DNA of 52,937 nucleotides from Bacteroidales bacterium (GTDB lineage Bacteria; Bacteroidota; Bacteroidia; Bacteroidales; UBA7960). The notes beneath the pieces are model-generated. The model had not been told where the DNA came from. It made no database searches and worked only from the letters and a program-made list of their open reading frames with translations. The position numbers and the translations under genes are program-made. Positions 29,624-38,367 of the stretch are shown piece by piece. The stretch is taken from positions 1 through 52,937 of the forward strand of contig JAWOCF010000228.1 of assembly GCA_046483935.1 (NCBI GenBank). The letters run 5' to 3'. Each line of letters starts with the position of its first letter. Within the stretch, counting starts at the first letter, position 1.

Positions 29624-30712
29624 TTATTTTTGAAGCATGCCAAGCAATGTCTCAGCTTTTTTTACTGTCTCAAGCCATTCCAGCTCAATGTCTGAAGCGG
29701 GTAACAATCCTCCTCCTACATACAGGAAGCCTTTGCGGCCAATCACCTGCATGCACCTGAGGTTAACAAACAATTCAGTATGAGCGGTTCCCTCAACAGG
29801 ACCCAGAAAGCCACTATAGTAACTCCGGGGGTGGGGCTCGGTGGTCAGGATCATTTCCAGGGCCTTTCCGACGGGCAGACCGCAAACGGCGGGTGTGGGA
29901 TGCAAAGCCATAGCCAGCTGGAGAGGCTCATAGCCCGTGGGAATTGAGAAATCAAAGCTCTTACGCAGATGTGCAACCGGACCAGCAATCAGGGTTTCCA
30001 GGGGTCCTTCCTGTACCTGGCTGATATGATTGCCTGCCAGGGTTTTGCGGATGTATTCTGATACCAGCTCCTGCTCCAGGGTTTCCTTCTGCTTCCAGGT
30101 TAAGATGGCGGTGCGCTCAACAGAAACAGGCTGGGTAGCAGCCAGAGAAACCGTTTGCCCATGCTGATGATTGATTTGCAGCAGCATCTCGGGGCTGGCC
30201 CCCATCCAGCACCTGCCTTTGCCATCATTAAAAACCGAAACGAAAGCATGGGGATATTTGTCGCACAATTTCCGAAAAAAAGTGCCTGCCTGAAAATCAT
30301 CAGGCAAGGAATGATCGATTACCCTCGAGAGGACCACCTTTTTCAGGTCGCCCTGCTTCATGGCACGGATCATCGATACTGCCTGGGCAGCATACTGATC
30401 ATAATTCACAGAAACAGGAAGTGCAGAGGCCTCAGGAAGCCATTCAGAGCCCTCAGGAGCGGCAGGGAATTGCAGGTCATGATACCAACCCTGATGCTCG
30501 CTTTGAGGCTGAAAAAACAACACAGAATCCCTTGCAGCGGCATCAAAGGGAACGACAATGAAGCCCTTCCTGCCGGATGCCTCAAGAGGTGAAGCAAGCT
30601 GCTCAAATTCACCACCTGACAAAAGAACGGGTTTGCGGGCTGCCGGAAGTCTGTAACAAACAAAGGGCAGGTTCAGTTCCAGCAACCGTGTTATGATGCC
30701 TGACAGGTGCAT
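29624..30712 (-). CDS. menF: Isochorismate synthase
   Basis: KKVVLSR, GASPE, LHPTPAVCGLP, R.YYSG, VNLRC, VGGG. Confidence 0.9.
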   Translation of the reverse strand: MHLSGIITRLLELNLPFVCYRLPAARKPVLLSGGEFEQLASPLEASGRKGFIVVPFDAAARDSVLFFQPQSEHQGWYHDLQFPAAPEGSEWLPEASALPVSVNYDQYAAQAVSMIRAMKQGDLKKVVLSRVIDHSLPDDFQAGTFFRKLCDKYPHAFVSVFNDGKGRCWMGASPEMLLQINHQHGQTVSLAATQPVSVERTAILTWKQKETLEQELVSEYIRKTLAGNHISQVQEGPLETLIAGPVAHLRKSFDFSIPTGYEPLQLAMALHPTPAVCGLPVGKALEMILTTEPHPRSYYSGFLGPVEGTAHTELFVNLRCMQVIGRKGFLYVGGGLLPASDIELEWLETVKKAETLLGMLQK

Positions 30713-30720
30713 GATGTTCT

Positions 30721-31152
30721 TCAGGGTTTCTGAGTATTCTTTTTAATGATAAAATTGGTGATGCGGCAGGTAGAAATCAATTTTTCGTCCTGATCAAAAA
30801 TGTCAATATTCCACAAGTGAGTATTGCGTCCCTGGTGGATGATCGTGGCTTTGCCAAAGACCCAATGTCCTTTGCCTGCCAGCACATGATTGGCAGTAAT
30901 ATGAGCTCCCCTGACCTCATGTTCAGCAGGATCCACCAGAAGAACGGACCCGATGCCCGCCAGTGTTTCTGCCAGTGCCAGACTGCTGCCTCCGTGCAGG
31001 ATGCCTGCCGGCTGCATGGTACGTTCATCGACCGGCATGCGGGCATACACATAGCCGGCTTTCACTTCCAGATATTCCATGCCCAGGGCCCCCATCAGGG
31101 TATCCTGATTCAGGGCATTCAATTGCTCGATGGTCGGTAAGTCGGGGATCAT
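30721..31152 (-). CDS. menI: Hotdog thioesterase (1,4-dihydroxy-2-naphthoyl-CoA hydrolase)
   Basis: QPAGILHGGSSLALAET PaaI motif; first gene of the men operon; ATG 31152. Confidence 0.8.
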   Translation of the reverse strand: MIPDLPTIEQLNALNQDTLMGALGMEYLEVKAGYVYARMPVDERTMQPAGILHGGSSLALAETLAGIGSVLLVDPAEHEVRGAHITANHVLAGKGHWVFGKATIIHQGRNTHLWNIDIFDQDEKLISTCRITNFIIKKNTQKP

Positions 31153-31214
31153 GATTTCTTGATACAAATTGAAGATATAAATATAATAAAAAATCAGGGG
31201 CTTTTAGCAGCCGT

Positions 31215-32507
31215 TCATTTCACCTGGGCGAATAATTCAAAATCGGTAGCTGAGGTAATGACCACATCGGCAAACATGCCTGGCTCAATGCCGGCAGCAG
31301 GCTCCACAAGCACTTCATTGTCTACCTCCGGGGAATCAAATTCAGACCGTGCCACCAGGAAGTTTCCTTCACGCCGATCGATCAGCACCCTGAAGGTCTT
31401 GCCAATCTTCTGCTCATTCAGTGTGGCGGAGATATCGGCCTGCAGGCTCATCAGAATGTCCACGCGTTGTTGCTTTACCTTTTCCGAAACCGGGTCACCT
31501 AATTGAAAGGCCGTGGTGCCTTCTTCGGGCGAATAGGCGAAAACCCCCAGCCGCTCGAAACGTGCCTGACGCACAAACTCCAGCAATTCTTCGAACTCTT
31601 TGTGCGTCTCACCGGGAAATCCGACCATCAAAGTGGTGCGCAATGCCACTCCGGGAATCTGCTGGCGAAACTGTTCGAGCAGTTCCAGGGTATTCTTTTT
31701 ATTATGTCCCCGGCGCATAGCCTTCAGGACCTTGTCGTTGATATGCTGCAGGGGAATGTCAAGGTAACGGCATATTTTATGGTTGGAGGCCATCAAAGGG
31801 ATAACATCCTTTGGGAAATTCTGGGGATAGGCATAATGCAGCCTGATCCACTGAATGCCTTCGATGGCCGACAGGGCTTCCAGCAGGGGTGCCAGCAGCG
31901 ATTTGCCTTCCAGGTCATACCCGTAGTAGCTCAGATCCTGAGCCACCAGCAACAGCTCTTTTACCCCCTTGGCGGCCAGTTGCCGGGTTTCAGCCACCAG
32001 CGAATCGATGGTACGGGAAGCATAGGCTCCGCGGATCAGGGGGATGGCACAGAAAGAACAGGTGCGGTTACATCCTTCCGAGATTTTCAGGTAGGCATAA
32101 TGCGAAGGGGTAGAAACCAGGCGTTCGGTATTATCAGTATCGTACTTTTGTTTCAGGTATTCAAACAGCTCAAAGGGCTCCTGCACGCCAAACCAGGCAT
32201 CGGCTTCAGGAATCTCGGCGGGCAGCTCTTCCTTATAGCGCTGGGAGAGACACCCCGTTACCAGCACTTCCTGCACCAGGCCCTGCTTCTTGGCTTCTAC
32301 ATACTCAAGAATGGTATTGATGCTTTCTTCTTTGGCATCATGTATAAACCCACAGGTATTGATAATTACGATGTCGGCAGGCCCGGAGGCATCATGCGAC
32401 AAATGGAACCGGTCGGCAGGAAGCTGACCCATGATCTTTTCGGAATCCACCAGGTTCTTTGAACAGCCCAGTGTGATGATATTGACTGACTTTTTATCTT
32501 GTTTCAC
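31215..32507 (-). CDS. rimO: Ribosomal protein S12 methylthiotransferase
   Basis: TLGCSKNLVDSE, INTCGFI, GCLSQRY, EGCNRTCSFCAIP, SPEVD TRAM domain; GTG 32507 preferred over 32582. Confidence 0.96.
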   Translation of the reverse strand: MKQDKKSVNIITLGCSKNLVDSEKIMGQLPADRFHLSHDASGPADIVIINTCGFIHDAKEESINTILEYVEAKKQGLVQEVLVTGCLSQRYKEELPAEIPEADAWFGVQEPFELFEYLKQKYDTDNTERLVSTPSHYAYLKISEGCNRTCSFCAIPLIRGAYASRTIDSLVAETRQLAAKGVKELLLVAQDLSYYGYDLEGKSLLAPLLEALSAIEGIQWIRLHYAYPQNFPKDVIPLMASNHKICRYLDIPLQHINDKVLKAMRRGHNKKNTLELLEQFRQQIPGVALRTTLMVGFPGETHKEFEELLEFVRQARFERLGVFAYSPEEGTTAFQLGDPVSEKVKQQRVDILMSLQADISATLNEQKIGKTFRVLIDRREGNFLVARSEFDSPEVDNEVLVEPAAGIEPGMFADVVITSATDFELFAQVK

Positions 32508-32584
32508 GGATAGTAAAGGTAGAAATGACTGATGGGCAAATAATACCACACCAGTGACCGGATCTTTGGCAACCCCGGTCAATA

Positions 32585-33538
32585 TTATTGATGGAAGAGT
32601 GTTTCCACGAAGGCCTCACGATCAAAGATCTGCAGGTCTTCTACTTTTTCGCCCAGGCCGATATATTTCACCGGCACCTGCAGCTGATCGCTCACTCCGA
32701 TTACCACGCCTCCCTTGGCCGTGCCGTCAAGCTTGGTAATGGCCAGGGCATTTACTTCGGTGGCAGCTGTAAACTGACGGGCCTGCTCAAAAGCATTTTG
32801 CCCTGTGGAGCCGTCAAGCACCAGGAGAATCTCATGGGGCGCGTTGGGGATCACTTTTTGCATGACCCGCTTGACCTTTGATAACTCGTTCATCAGGTTC
32901 ACCTTGTTGTGCAGGCGTCCGGCAGTATCTATGATGACAATATCGGCTTGTTCCTTCACAGCTTGTTTCATGGTGTCGAAGGCCACAGAGGCAGGATCAG
33001 CGCCCATTCCCTGCGACACAACGGGAACCCCTACCCTTTCGGACCAGATGATCAGCTGATTGACAGCTGCTGCACGGAAGGTATCGCAAGCACCCAGTAT
33101 TACCTTCTTGCCCGACTCTTTGAAATGGTAGGCCAGTTTACCGATGGTAGTGGTTTTACCCACTCCATTAACCCCCACCACCATGATCACGTAGGGTTTG
33201 GGAGCATCCGGGCCCATGATTCCTTCAATTCCCACGGAAGGGTTCTCGGCCAGCAATCCAGATATTTCCTCTCTCAGATACCGGTGCAGCTCATCAACAC
33301 TCATGTACTTATCGCGGGCCACGCGTTCTTCGAGGCGTTCAATGATCTTGATGGTGGTAGTGACCCCCACATCGGAGCTGATCAGCACTTCTTCCAGTTC
33401 ATCCAGCACAAAGCTGTCTACAATCGTTTTGCCGGCTACGGCTTTACTGAGTCGTGAAAAAAAGTTGCTGCGCGTTTTCTCCAGCCCCTTGTCAAGGGTT
33501 TCCTTCTTTTTGGAAGAAAACATATCAAATAATCCCAT
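32585..33538 (-). CDS. ftsY: Signal recognition particle receptor
   Basis: GVNGVGKTTTIGKLA, DTFRAAA, DTAGR, TKLDGTAKGG. Confidence 0.98.
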   Translation of the reverse strand: MGLFDMFSSKKKETLDKGLEKTRSNFFSRLSKAVAGKTIVDSFVLDELEEVLISSDVGVTTTIKIIERLEERVARDKYMSVDELHRYLREEISGLLAENPSVGIEGIMGPDAPKPYVIMVVGVNGVGKTTTIGKLAYHFKESGKKVILGACDTFRAAAVNQLIIWSERVGVPVVSQGMGADPASVAFDTMKQAVKEQADIVIIDTAGRLHNKVNLMNELSKVKRVMQKVIPNAPHEILLVLDGSTGQNAFEQARQFTAATEVNALAITKLDGTAKGGVVIGVSDQLQVPVKYIGLGEKVEDLQIFDREAFVETLFHQ

Positions 33539-33660
33539 TTCTTCTTGTTTTAATTTGTCACAAAGTTAATCAATATAATGCTGATTGCCCGGCGAAAGCC
33601 CTACGGCTCTTTGCCTGTGCATCTGTGAAAGAATCAGGTGACAGTTTCAGACTGGCAGAA

Positions 33661-33703
33661 AATAAAAACAGACCTGCACCTATGAATGAAGGCCAGGTCT
33701 GTT
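33661..33703 (-). terminator. Intrinsic terminator after rpmG-DUF4295
   Basis: AACAGACCTG...CAGGTCTGTT stem with a U tract on the minus strand. Confidence 0.7.
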
Positions 33704-33728
33704 CAGAAATAAAAAAGGAAGGAAAGGA

Positions 33729-33884
33729 TTATTTCTTTTCGAAATAATCTTTCACTTTATCCGATGCGATAATATCTTCATTAAAGGTGTAAGCGCCGGA
33801 TTTATCAGATTTTTTCATCCTGATAACTTTTGCAAAGCCTTTTCCAGTATCAGTTTTCAGGGTTGCAACAACTTTCTTTGCCAT
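33729..33884 (-). CDS. DUF4295 protein (Bacteroidota ribosomal protein bL38), 51 aa, below the ORF-track cutoff
   Basis: MAKKVVATLKTDTGKGFAKVIRMKKSDKSGAYTFNEDIIASDKVKDYFEKK; sits between rpmG and ftsY. Confidence 0.92.
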   Translation of the reverse strand: MAKKVVATLKTDTGKGFAKVIRMKKSDKSGAYTFNEDIIASDKVKDYFEKK

Positions 33885-33895
33885 AGTTCAAGTGA

Positions 33896-34084
33896 TTATT
33901 TAATTTCTCGATGAACAGTAATTTTTCTTAAAATGCGGTTGTATTTTTTCAACTCCAACCGTTCGGGAGTATTTTTCTTATTCTTGGTAGTAATATACCT
34001 TGAAGTTCCCGGCACTCCACTGGTTTTGTGCTCAGTGCATTCCATGATCACCTGCACCCTTGCTTCTTTCGATTTCTTTGCCAT
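33896..34084 (-). CDS. rpmG: 50S ribosomal protein bL33
   Basis: [10 protein letters not shown]...[22 protein letters not shown]...HREIK. Confidence 0.98.
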   Translation of the reverse strand: MAKKSKEARVQVIMECTEHKTSGVPGTSRYITTKNKKNTPERLELKKYNRILRKITVHREIK

Positions 34085-34114
34085 TGTATAACTACTTTTG
34101 ATTTTTCAGGAGCG

Positions 34115-34122
34115 CAAAATTA
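34115..34122 (-). promoter_or_regulatory. -7 box for rpmG
   Basis: caaaatta is TAATTTTG on the minus strand, 30 nt upstream of the rpmG ATG. Confidence 0.65.
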
Positions 34123-34376
34123 CAGATTATTATTCATTCTCCCAAAGAAAATGCAATAAAAACCAAAAAACTTATTGCCCTTCCCCTGCCCCAGGTTCTT
34201 TGGGAGTCAAAAAAAAGAGTAACCCCTCTGCACCGGCTTGTTTGGAGCAAATTTACAACAATTTGCCTTGCTATTTGCAACATTTTGATTACCTTAGCAG
34301 AACAAACTCAATACCCGGAATTCTCCCCTTACCAAGGGATTATTCCGGTAATTTTTTTAACCCTAACACAAAGATT

Positions 34377-34874
34377 ATGAGTCAAGCCAAAGTTATTTCT
34401 TTAACTTATGAGTTGCGGGCAGGAGATGCTCAAGGGGAGTTGATTGAAACTTCCAATAAAGAAAACCCTGCAGAATTTTTATTCGGAACAGGGAATCTGA
34501 TAGAGGATTTCGAACGCAATGTGAAGGACCTGCAACCGGGTGATTCATTTGAATTTTCTATCAAGTCAGAAAATGCTTATGGACCCAGGAATCCTGAGGC
34601 TGTTGTTGAATTGCCCAAAGACGCTTTCATGGTTGAAGGTGAGTTGGCTGAAGACCTTTTGGTGGAAGGCAAGATTGTACCCATGCGCGATCAGGAGGGC
34701 AATCCCCTGAACGGAAAAGTGGTTGAAGTAGCCGACCAGACTGTGAAAATGGACTTTAACCATCCTTTGGCAGATATGGACCTTCATTTTAAAGGGGAGG
34801 TACTCTCCTCACGTGATGCCACGGAAGAAGAAACCGCTCACGGGCATGCACATACCGGACAAGGCGGTCATTAA
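34377..34874 (+). CDS. slyD: FKBP-type peptidyl-prolyl isomerase (SlyD-like, short His-rich tail)
   Basis: VISLTYEL, AYG, DFNHPLA, EEETAHGHAH; probable start ATG 34377. Confidence 0.9.
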   Translation: MSQAKVISLTYELRAGDAQGELIETSNKENPAEFLFGTGNLIEDFERNVKDLQPGDSFEFSIKSENAYGPRNPEAVVELPKDAFMVEGELAEDLLVEGKIVPMRDQEGNPLNGKVVEVADQTVKMDFNHPLADMDLHFKGEVLSSRDATEEETAHGHAHTGQGGH

Positions 34875-34900
34875 ATTACAGTAAAGGCTTTCATGCCTTC

Positions 34901-34978
34901 AGGCAGGCTGTGTTAAAAAGGAGCCGGAAAGAGATTCTCTCCGGGGTAAACACTTTTTAAGGCAGCCTGCCTTTTTTT
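34901..34978 (+). terminator. Long hairpin/terminator after slyD
   Basis: AGGCAGGCTG..TTAAAAAG ... CTTTTTAA..CAGCCTGCCT followed by a T tract. Confidence 0.75.
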
Positions 34979-35093
34979 ATTGCCCTGGTTGAAAGATGCG
35001 CAACAGTCCTTACACCAGGATGGCCACATTCCGGAGGGTTTTTGCGAATACTTGATTACCATCTATATGAGGTTTACATATGTCAAATAAAAA

Positions 35094-35125
35094 TTTGCAG
35101 TTATAGAAAAGACAAGTTACATTTG
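35094..35125 (+). promoter_or_regulatory. Bacteroidota -33/-7 promoter of the aromatic amino-acid operon
   Basis: TTTG (35094-35097), 20-nt spacer, TACATTTG (35118-35125). Confidence 0.75.
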
Positions 35126-35143
35126 ACATCAAATCAGTTCGAC

Positions 35144-35203
35144 ATGACAACCGCGAATAATCATTTCTTCTTCTATTATTATTACTTAAACGATTTTAGG
35201 TAG
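35144..35203 (+). CDS. Phe/Tyr attenuation leader peptide MTTANNHFFFYYYYLNDFR
   Basis: ATG 35144 to TAG 35203; run TTC TTC TTC TAT TAT TAT TAC; lies between the promoter and a terminator upstream of the aromatic genes. Confidence 0.88.
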   Translation: MTTANNHFFFYYYYLNDFR

Positions 35204-35242
35204 AGGAGGATATATTCGTATATTTTATAATATAAATGAACC

Positions 35243-35268
35243 AAGCCCCTCTCAGGAGGGGCTTTTTT
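35243..35268 (+). terminator. Attenuator terminator (3:4 stem)
   Basis: AAGCCCCTC-tcag-GAGGGGCTT-TTTT ending 13 nt before the aminotransferase ATG. Confidence 0.88.
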
Positions 35269-35281
35269 ATTTTACAGACCT

Positions 35282-36445
35282 ATGGTACAGGCAGCAAACA
35301 GGACACAAAAAATTGGCGAATACTATTTTTCAACCAGGATGAACCAGATCCGGGAGATGATCTCGGAGGGTATGGATATTATTAATCTGGGCATCGGCAA
35401 CCCAGATATTTCTCCTCCTGTTGAAATCATTGAAGAACTGACCTGCAGCATTATCGGCCCAGGTGCTCATGGTTACCAGCCATACAGAGGCACTCTGGAA
35501 CTGAGAAACGCTATCTCAGACTGGTACTTGAAATATTTTAATGTCAAGGCCGATCCCGGCAAACAAATTCTGCCTCTTTTAGGTTCCAAGGAAGGCATCA
35601 TGCATATTAGCATGGCTTTTCTTAACCAAGGCGATGCAGTGCTGCTGCCCGATCCCGGATATCCGGCATATGCTTCAGCAGCGCAGCTATGTGATGCCCG
35701 ATGTGTTTATTATAACCTGAATGCTGAAAATAACTGGCTGCCAGACATTGAAGGCCTGAAGAAAAAAGATCTCCAGGGGGTGAAGCTCATGTGGATTAAT
35801 TATCCAAACATGCCATCCGGAAGAAAAGCTGCCAAAGAAGATCTGCTTGCCCTAACAGACTTTGCCCGTAAGTACAATATTCTCATCATCAATGATAATC
35901 CTTATAGTTTTATCCTTAATAACACGCCGCTGAGCATTCTAAATGCTGACAATACATTTGAAAATGTTCTTGAGCTAAACTCTTTGAGCAAGTCACACAA
36001 CATGGCCGGATGCAGAATTGGCATGGTGATCGGGCACGAACAGCACATCAATGATATCCTGAAGGTGAAAAGCAATATGGATTCAGGAATGTTCTTGCCT
36101 TTGCAAATGGCTGCTGTGAAAGCATTAAGCCTCGGACAGGACTGGTACGACCAGTTGAATGCCACATACAGCATACGACAGAAAATAGTTTATGAATTAT
36201 TACAGCACCTGGGTTGCTCAACGGACCAGGGACAGTCAGGGATGTTCCTGTGGTCAGAAATACCGGCTTCATTTGCCGACTCATACGAGTTCTCAGAACA
36301 TTGCCTGAACAGCTATCACCTCTTTGTAGTCCCTGGCCTTGTGTTTGGATCCAGAGGGCAACGATATATCAGGACATCATTATCAATGAATGAGTTGCGA
36401 TTAAAAGAAGCTGTTAACCGGGTAAAAACAAACAATCATGACTGA
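35282..36445 (+). CDS. PLP-dependent aminotransferase class I/II (probably aromatic/prephenate)
   Basis: INLGIGNPD, GSKEG, PDPGYPAY, NYPNMP, NDNPY, SLSKSHNMAGCRIG; operon context. Confidence 0.9.
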   Translation: MVQAANRTQKIGEYYFSTRMNQIREMISEGMDIINLGIGNPDISPPVEIIEELTCSIIGPGAHGYQPYRGTLELRNAISDWYLKYFNVKADPGKQILPLLGSKEGIMHISMAFLNQGDAVLLPDPGYPAYASAAQLCDARCVYYNLNAENNWLPDIEGLKKKDLQGVKLMWINYPNMPSGRKAAKEDLLALTDFARKYNILIINDNPYSFILNNTPLSILNADNTFENVLELNSLSKSHNMAGCRIGMVIGHEQHINDILKVKSNMDSGMFLPLQMAAVKALSLGQDWYDQLNATYSIRQKIVYELLQHLGCSTDQGQSGMFLWSEIPASFADSYEFSEHCLNSYHLFVVPGLVFGSRGQRYIRTSLSMNELRLKEAVNRVKTNNHD

Positions 36446-37517
36446 CAAACTAAATCTGGAAGCCAACGGCCTGTTTGGCAAGGATAATAAGCCACTGCTG
36501 ATCTCAGGCCCTTGCAGCGCAGAATCAGAAAATCAGGTGATGGATACAGCCCTCAAGCTGGCAGACATTGGGATAAAGATTTTCAGGGCAGGCCTGTGGA
36601 AACCCCGCACCAGGCCCGATAACTTTGAAGGGATAGGATCGGCAGGCCTTCCCTGGCTCAGGAAGGTCAAAGCCGAAACAGGCATGCTGACTGCCGTGGA
36701 GGTAGCCAATGTATGGCATATCAAAGAAGCACTGAACCATGGTATCGACATCCTCTGGATAGGAGCACGAACAACAGCCAATCCCTTTGCTGTGCAGGAA
36801 ATTGCCGACGGCCTGCGGGGACTGGATATCCCGGTATTTATCAAGAATCCGGTCAATCCGGATCTCGAACTCTGGATCGGGGCCTTTGAGCGCCTGAACA
36901 AGGCGGGCATCAAAAAGCTTGCGGCCGTGCACCGGGGCTTTAGCTATTATGGCAAGTCGCCTTACCGTAACATTCCTCAATGGGAAATACCGATTGAACT
37001 GAAAAGAAGAATACCCAACCTGCCCATCATAACTGACCCAAGCCATATTTGCGGAAATCGTGAACTCCTTTTTTCGGTATCGCAAACAGCCATGGATCTG
37101 GATTTTGATGGCCTGTTCATCGAATCGCACCACAAGCCCGAAGAGGCCCTGAGTGATAAAAACCAGCAAATTACTCCCAAGGCGTTAGAAAACCTGCTTT
37201 CCGCTCTGATATACCGGCAGGCGGAGGTTGACAATACACGGCAGCTGGAAGGATTGCAGGAGTTCAGGCGGCAGATCGATCAGTGGGATGCTGAGCTGAT
37301 CAGGGTACTGGGAAACAGAATGTTGATTTCAGAGATGATCGGTAAATATAAAAAGAAGGAGAATATTACCATATTGCAAGCCGCACGATGGTCAGAGATT
37401 CTTGCCGACAGGCTGAAAACTGCCAGGGTGCATAACCTAAGCGATCAGTTTATTACCCAAATATTCAAGCAAATACATCAGGAATCCATCGCTTTTCAAA
37501 ACAAAGTGATGAATTAA
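36438..37517 (+). CDS. Bifunctional DAHP synthase (type I-beta) / chorismate mutase
   Basis: GPCSAES, RAGLWKPRTRP, WIGAR, DPSH; C-terminal AroQ domain RRQIDQWD..LI..LGNRM. Confidence 0.92.
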   Translation: MTDKLNLEANGLFGKDNKPLLISGPCSAESENQVMDTALKLADIGIKIFRAGLWKPRTRPDNFEGIGSAGLPWLRKVKAETGMLTAVEVANVWHIKEALNHGIDILWIGARTTANPFAVQEIADGLRGLDIPVFIKNPVNPDLELWIGAFERLNKAGIKKLAAVHRGFSYYGKSPYRNIPQWEIPIELKRRIPNLPIITDPSHICGNRELLFSVSQTAMDLDFDGLFIESHHKPEEALSDKNQQITPKALENLLSALIYRQAEVDNTRQLEGLQEFRRQIDQWDAELIRVLGNRMLISEMIGKYKKKENITILQAARWSEILADRLKTARVHNLSDQFITQIFKQIHQESIAFQNKVMN

Positions 37518-37578
37518 TTGATTCAAAACATTCGGCTCCCAGGAGGGAATCTGATCACAAAACAAAGGATAAAAAATA

Positions 37579-38367
37579 ATGAAAAGGATACTAATAGCGG
37601 GAGCAGGCAATATGGGGTCATGGCTGGCAGAAACGCTCTGCCTGGATTATGAGGTGGCAGTTTACGACAAAGATCCCCATAAATTGAAATACCTGTACAA
37701 CACACACAGGTACAAAGACATAGAGGATGTGGCCGCATTTCAACCACAGTTGCTTATCAATGCCACCGGCCTGAAACAAACCATTGATGCATTCAATCAG
37801 CTGCTGCCTCATTTGCCGGGCGACTGTATTATTTCAGATGTGGCATCTGTAAAGAACGGACTTGCGGATTATTATCCGCAATGCGGATTCAGGTATGTGT
37901 CAACACACCCGATGTTCGGTCCTACTTTCGGTAATCTAAAAGAGCTGCAAGGTCATAATGCAATAATTATCAGCAGCTCCGACCCCGAAGGCAAAGCGTT
38001 CTACCATAACTTCTTCACCCGGCTGGGTCTGAAGATATACGAATACGATTTTGCAGAACATGACAGAACAATTGCTTATTCCCTGTCAATCCCCTTTAGT
38101 TCAACCATCGTGTTCTCCTCCTGTATGAAAAAACTGGAAGTGCCGGGAACAACTTTCAAAAAACACTTATCGATAGCAAAAGGCCTGCTTTCTGAAGATG
38201 ACTGGTTACTTAGCGGAATCCTCTTAAACAGATATTCCGTTGAAAAGCTTTATGAAATCAACCAACGGTTGAATGAGTTGATCAGTATGCTGGAAAACGG
38301 CAATGAAGAAGGACTTCATCAGTTATTCAATAAGCTGAGAAACAATCTTGGGTTGGTCGAAGATTAA
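37579..38367 (+). CDS. tyrA: Prephenate dehydrogenase
   Basis: GAGNMG Rossmann motif, DVASVK, THPMFGP, EHD. Confidence 0.9.
   Translation: MKRILIAGAGNMGSWLAETLCLDYEVAVYDKDPHKLKYLYNTHRYKDIEDVAAFQPQLLINATGLKQTIDAFNQLLPHLPGDCIISDVASVKNGLADYYPQCGFRYVSTHPMFGPTFGNLKELQGHNAIIISSSDPEGKAFYHNFFTRLGLKIYEYDFAEHDRTIAYSLSIPFSSTIVFSSCMKKLEVPGTTFKKHLSIAKGLLSEDDWLLSGILLNRYSVEKLYEINQRLNELISMLENGNEEGLHQLFNKLRNNLGLVED

Noticed and set aside
31503-32462. 319-aa + strand ORF
   Set aside because: Antisense shadow of rimO with no recognisable motifs
33578-33660. GCTGATT...GGC-GAAA-GCC-CTACGG segment reminiscent of a c-di-AMP riboswitch or SRP RNA near ftsY
   Set aside because: Only a 3-bp GNRA stem; the rest of either consensus is absent; it lies on the + strand with no downstream + gene
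34098-34376. 93-aa N-terminal extension of SlyD in the ORF track
   Set aside because: It starts at a TTG in the rpmG promoter region; FKBP similarity begins only at ATG 34377
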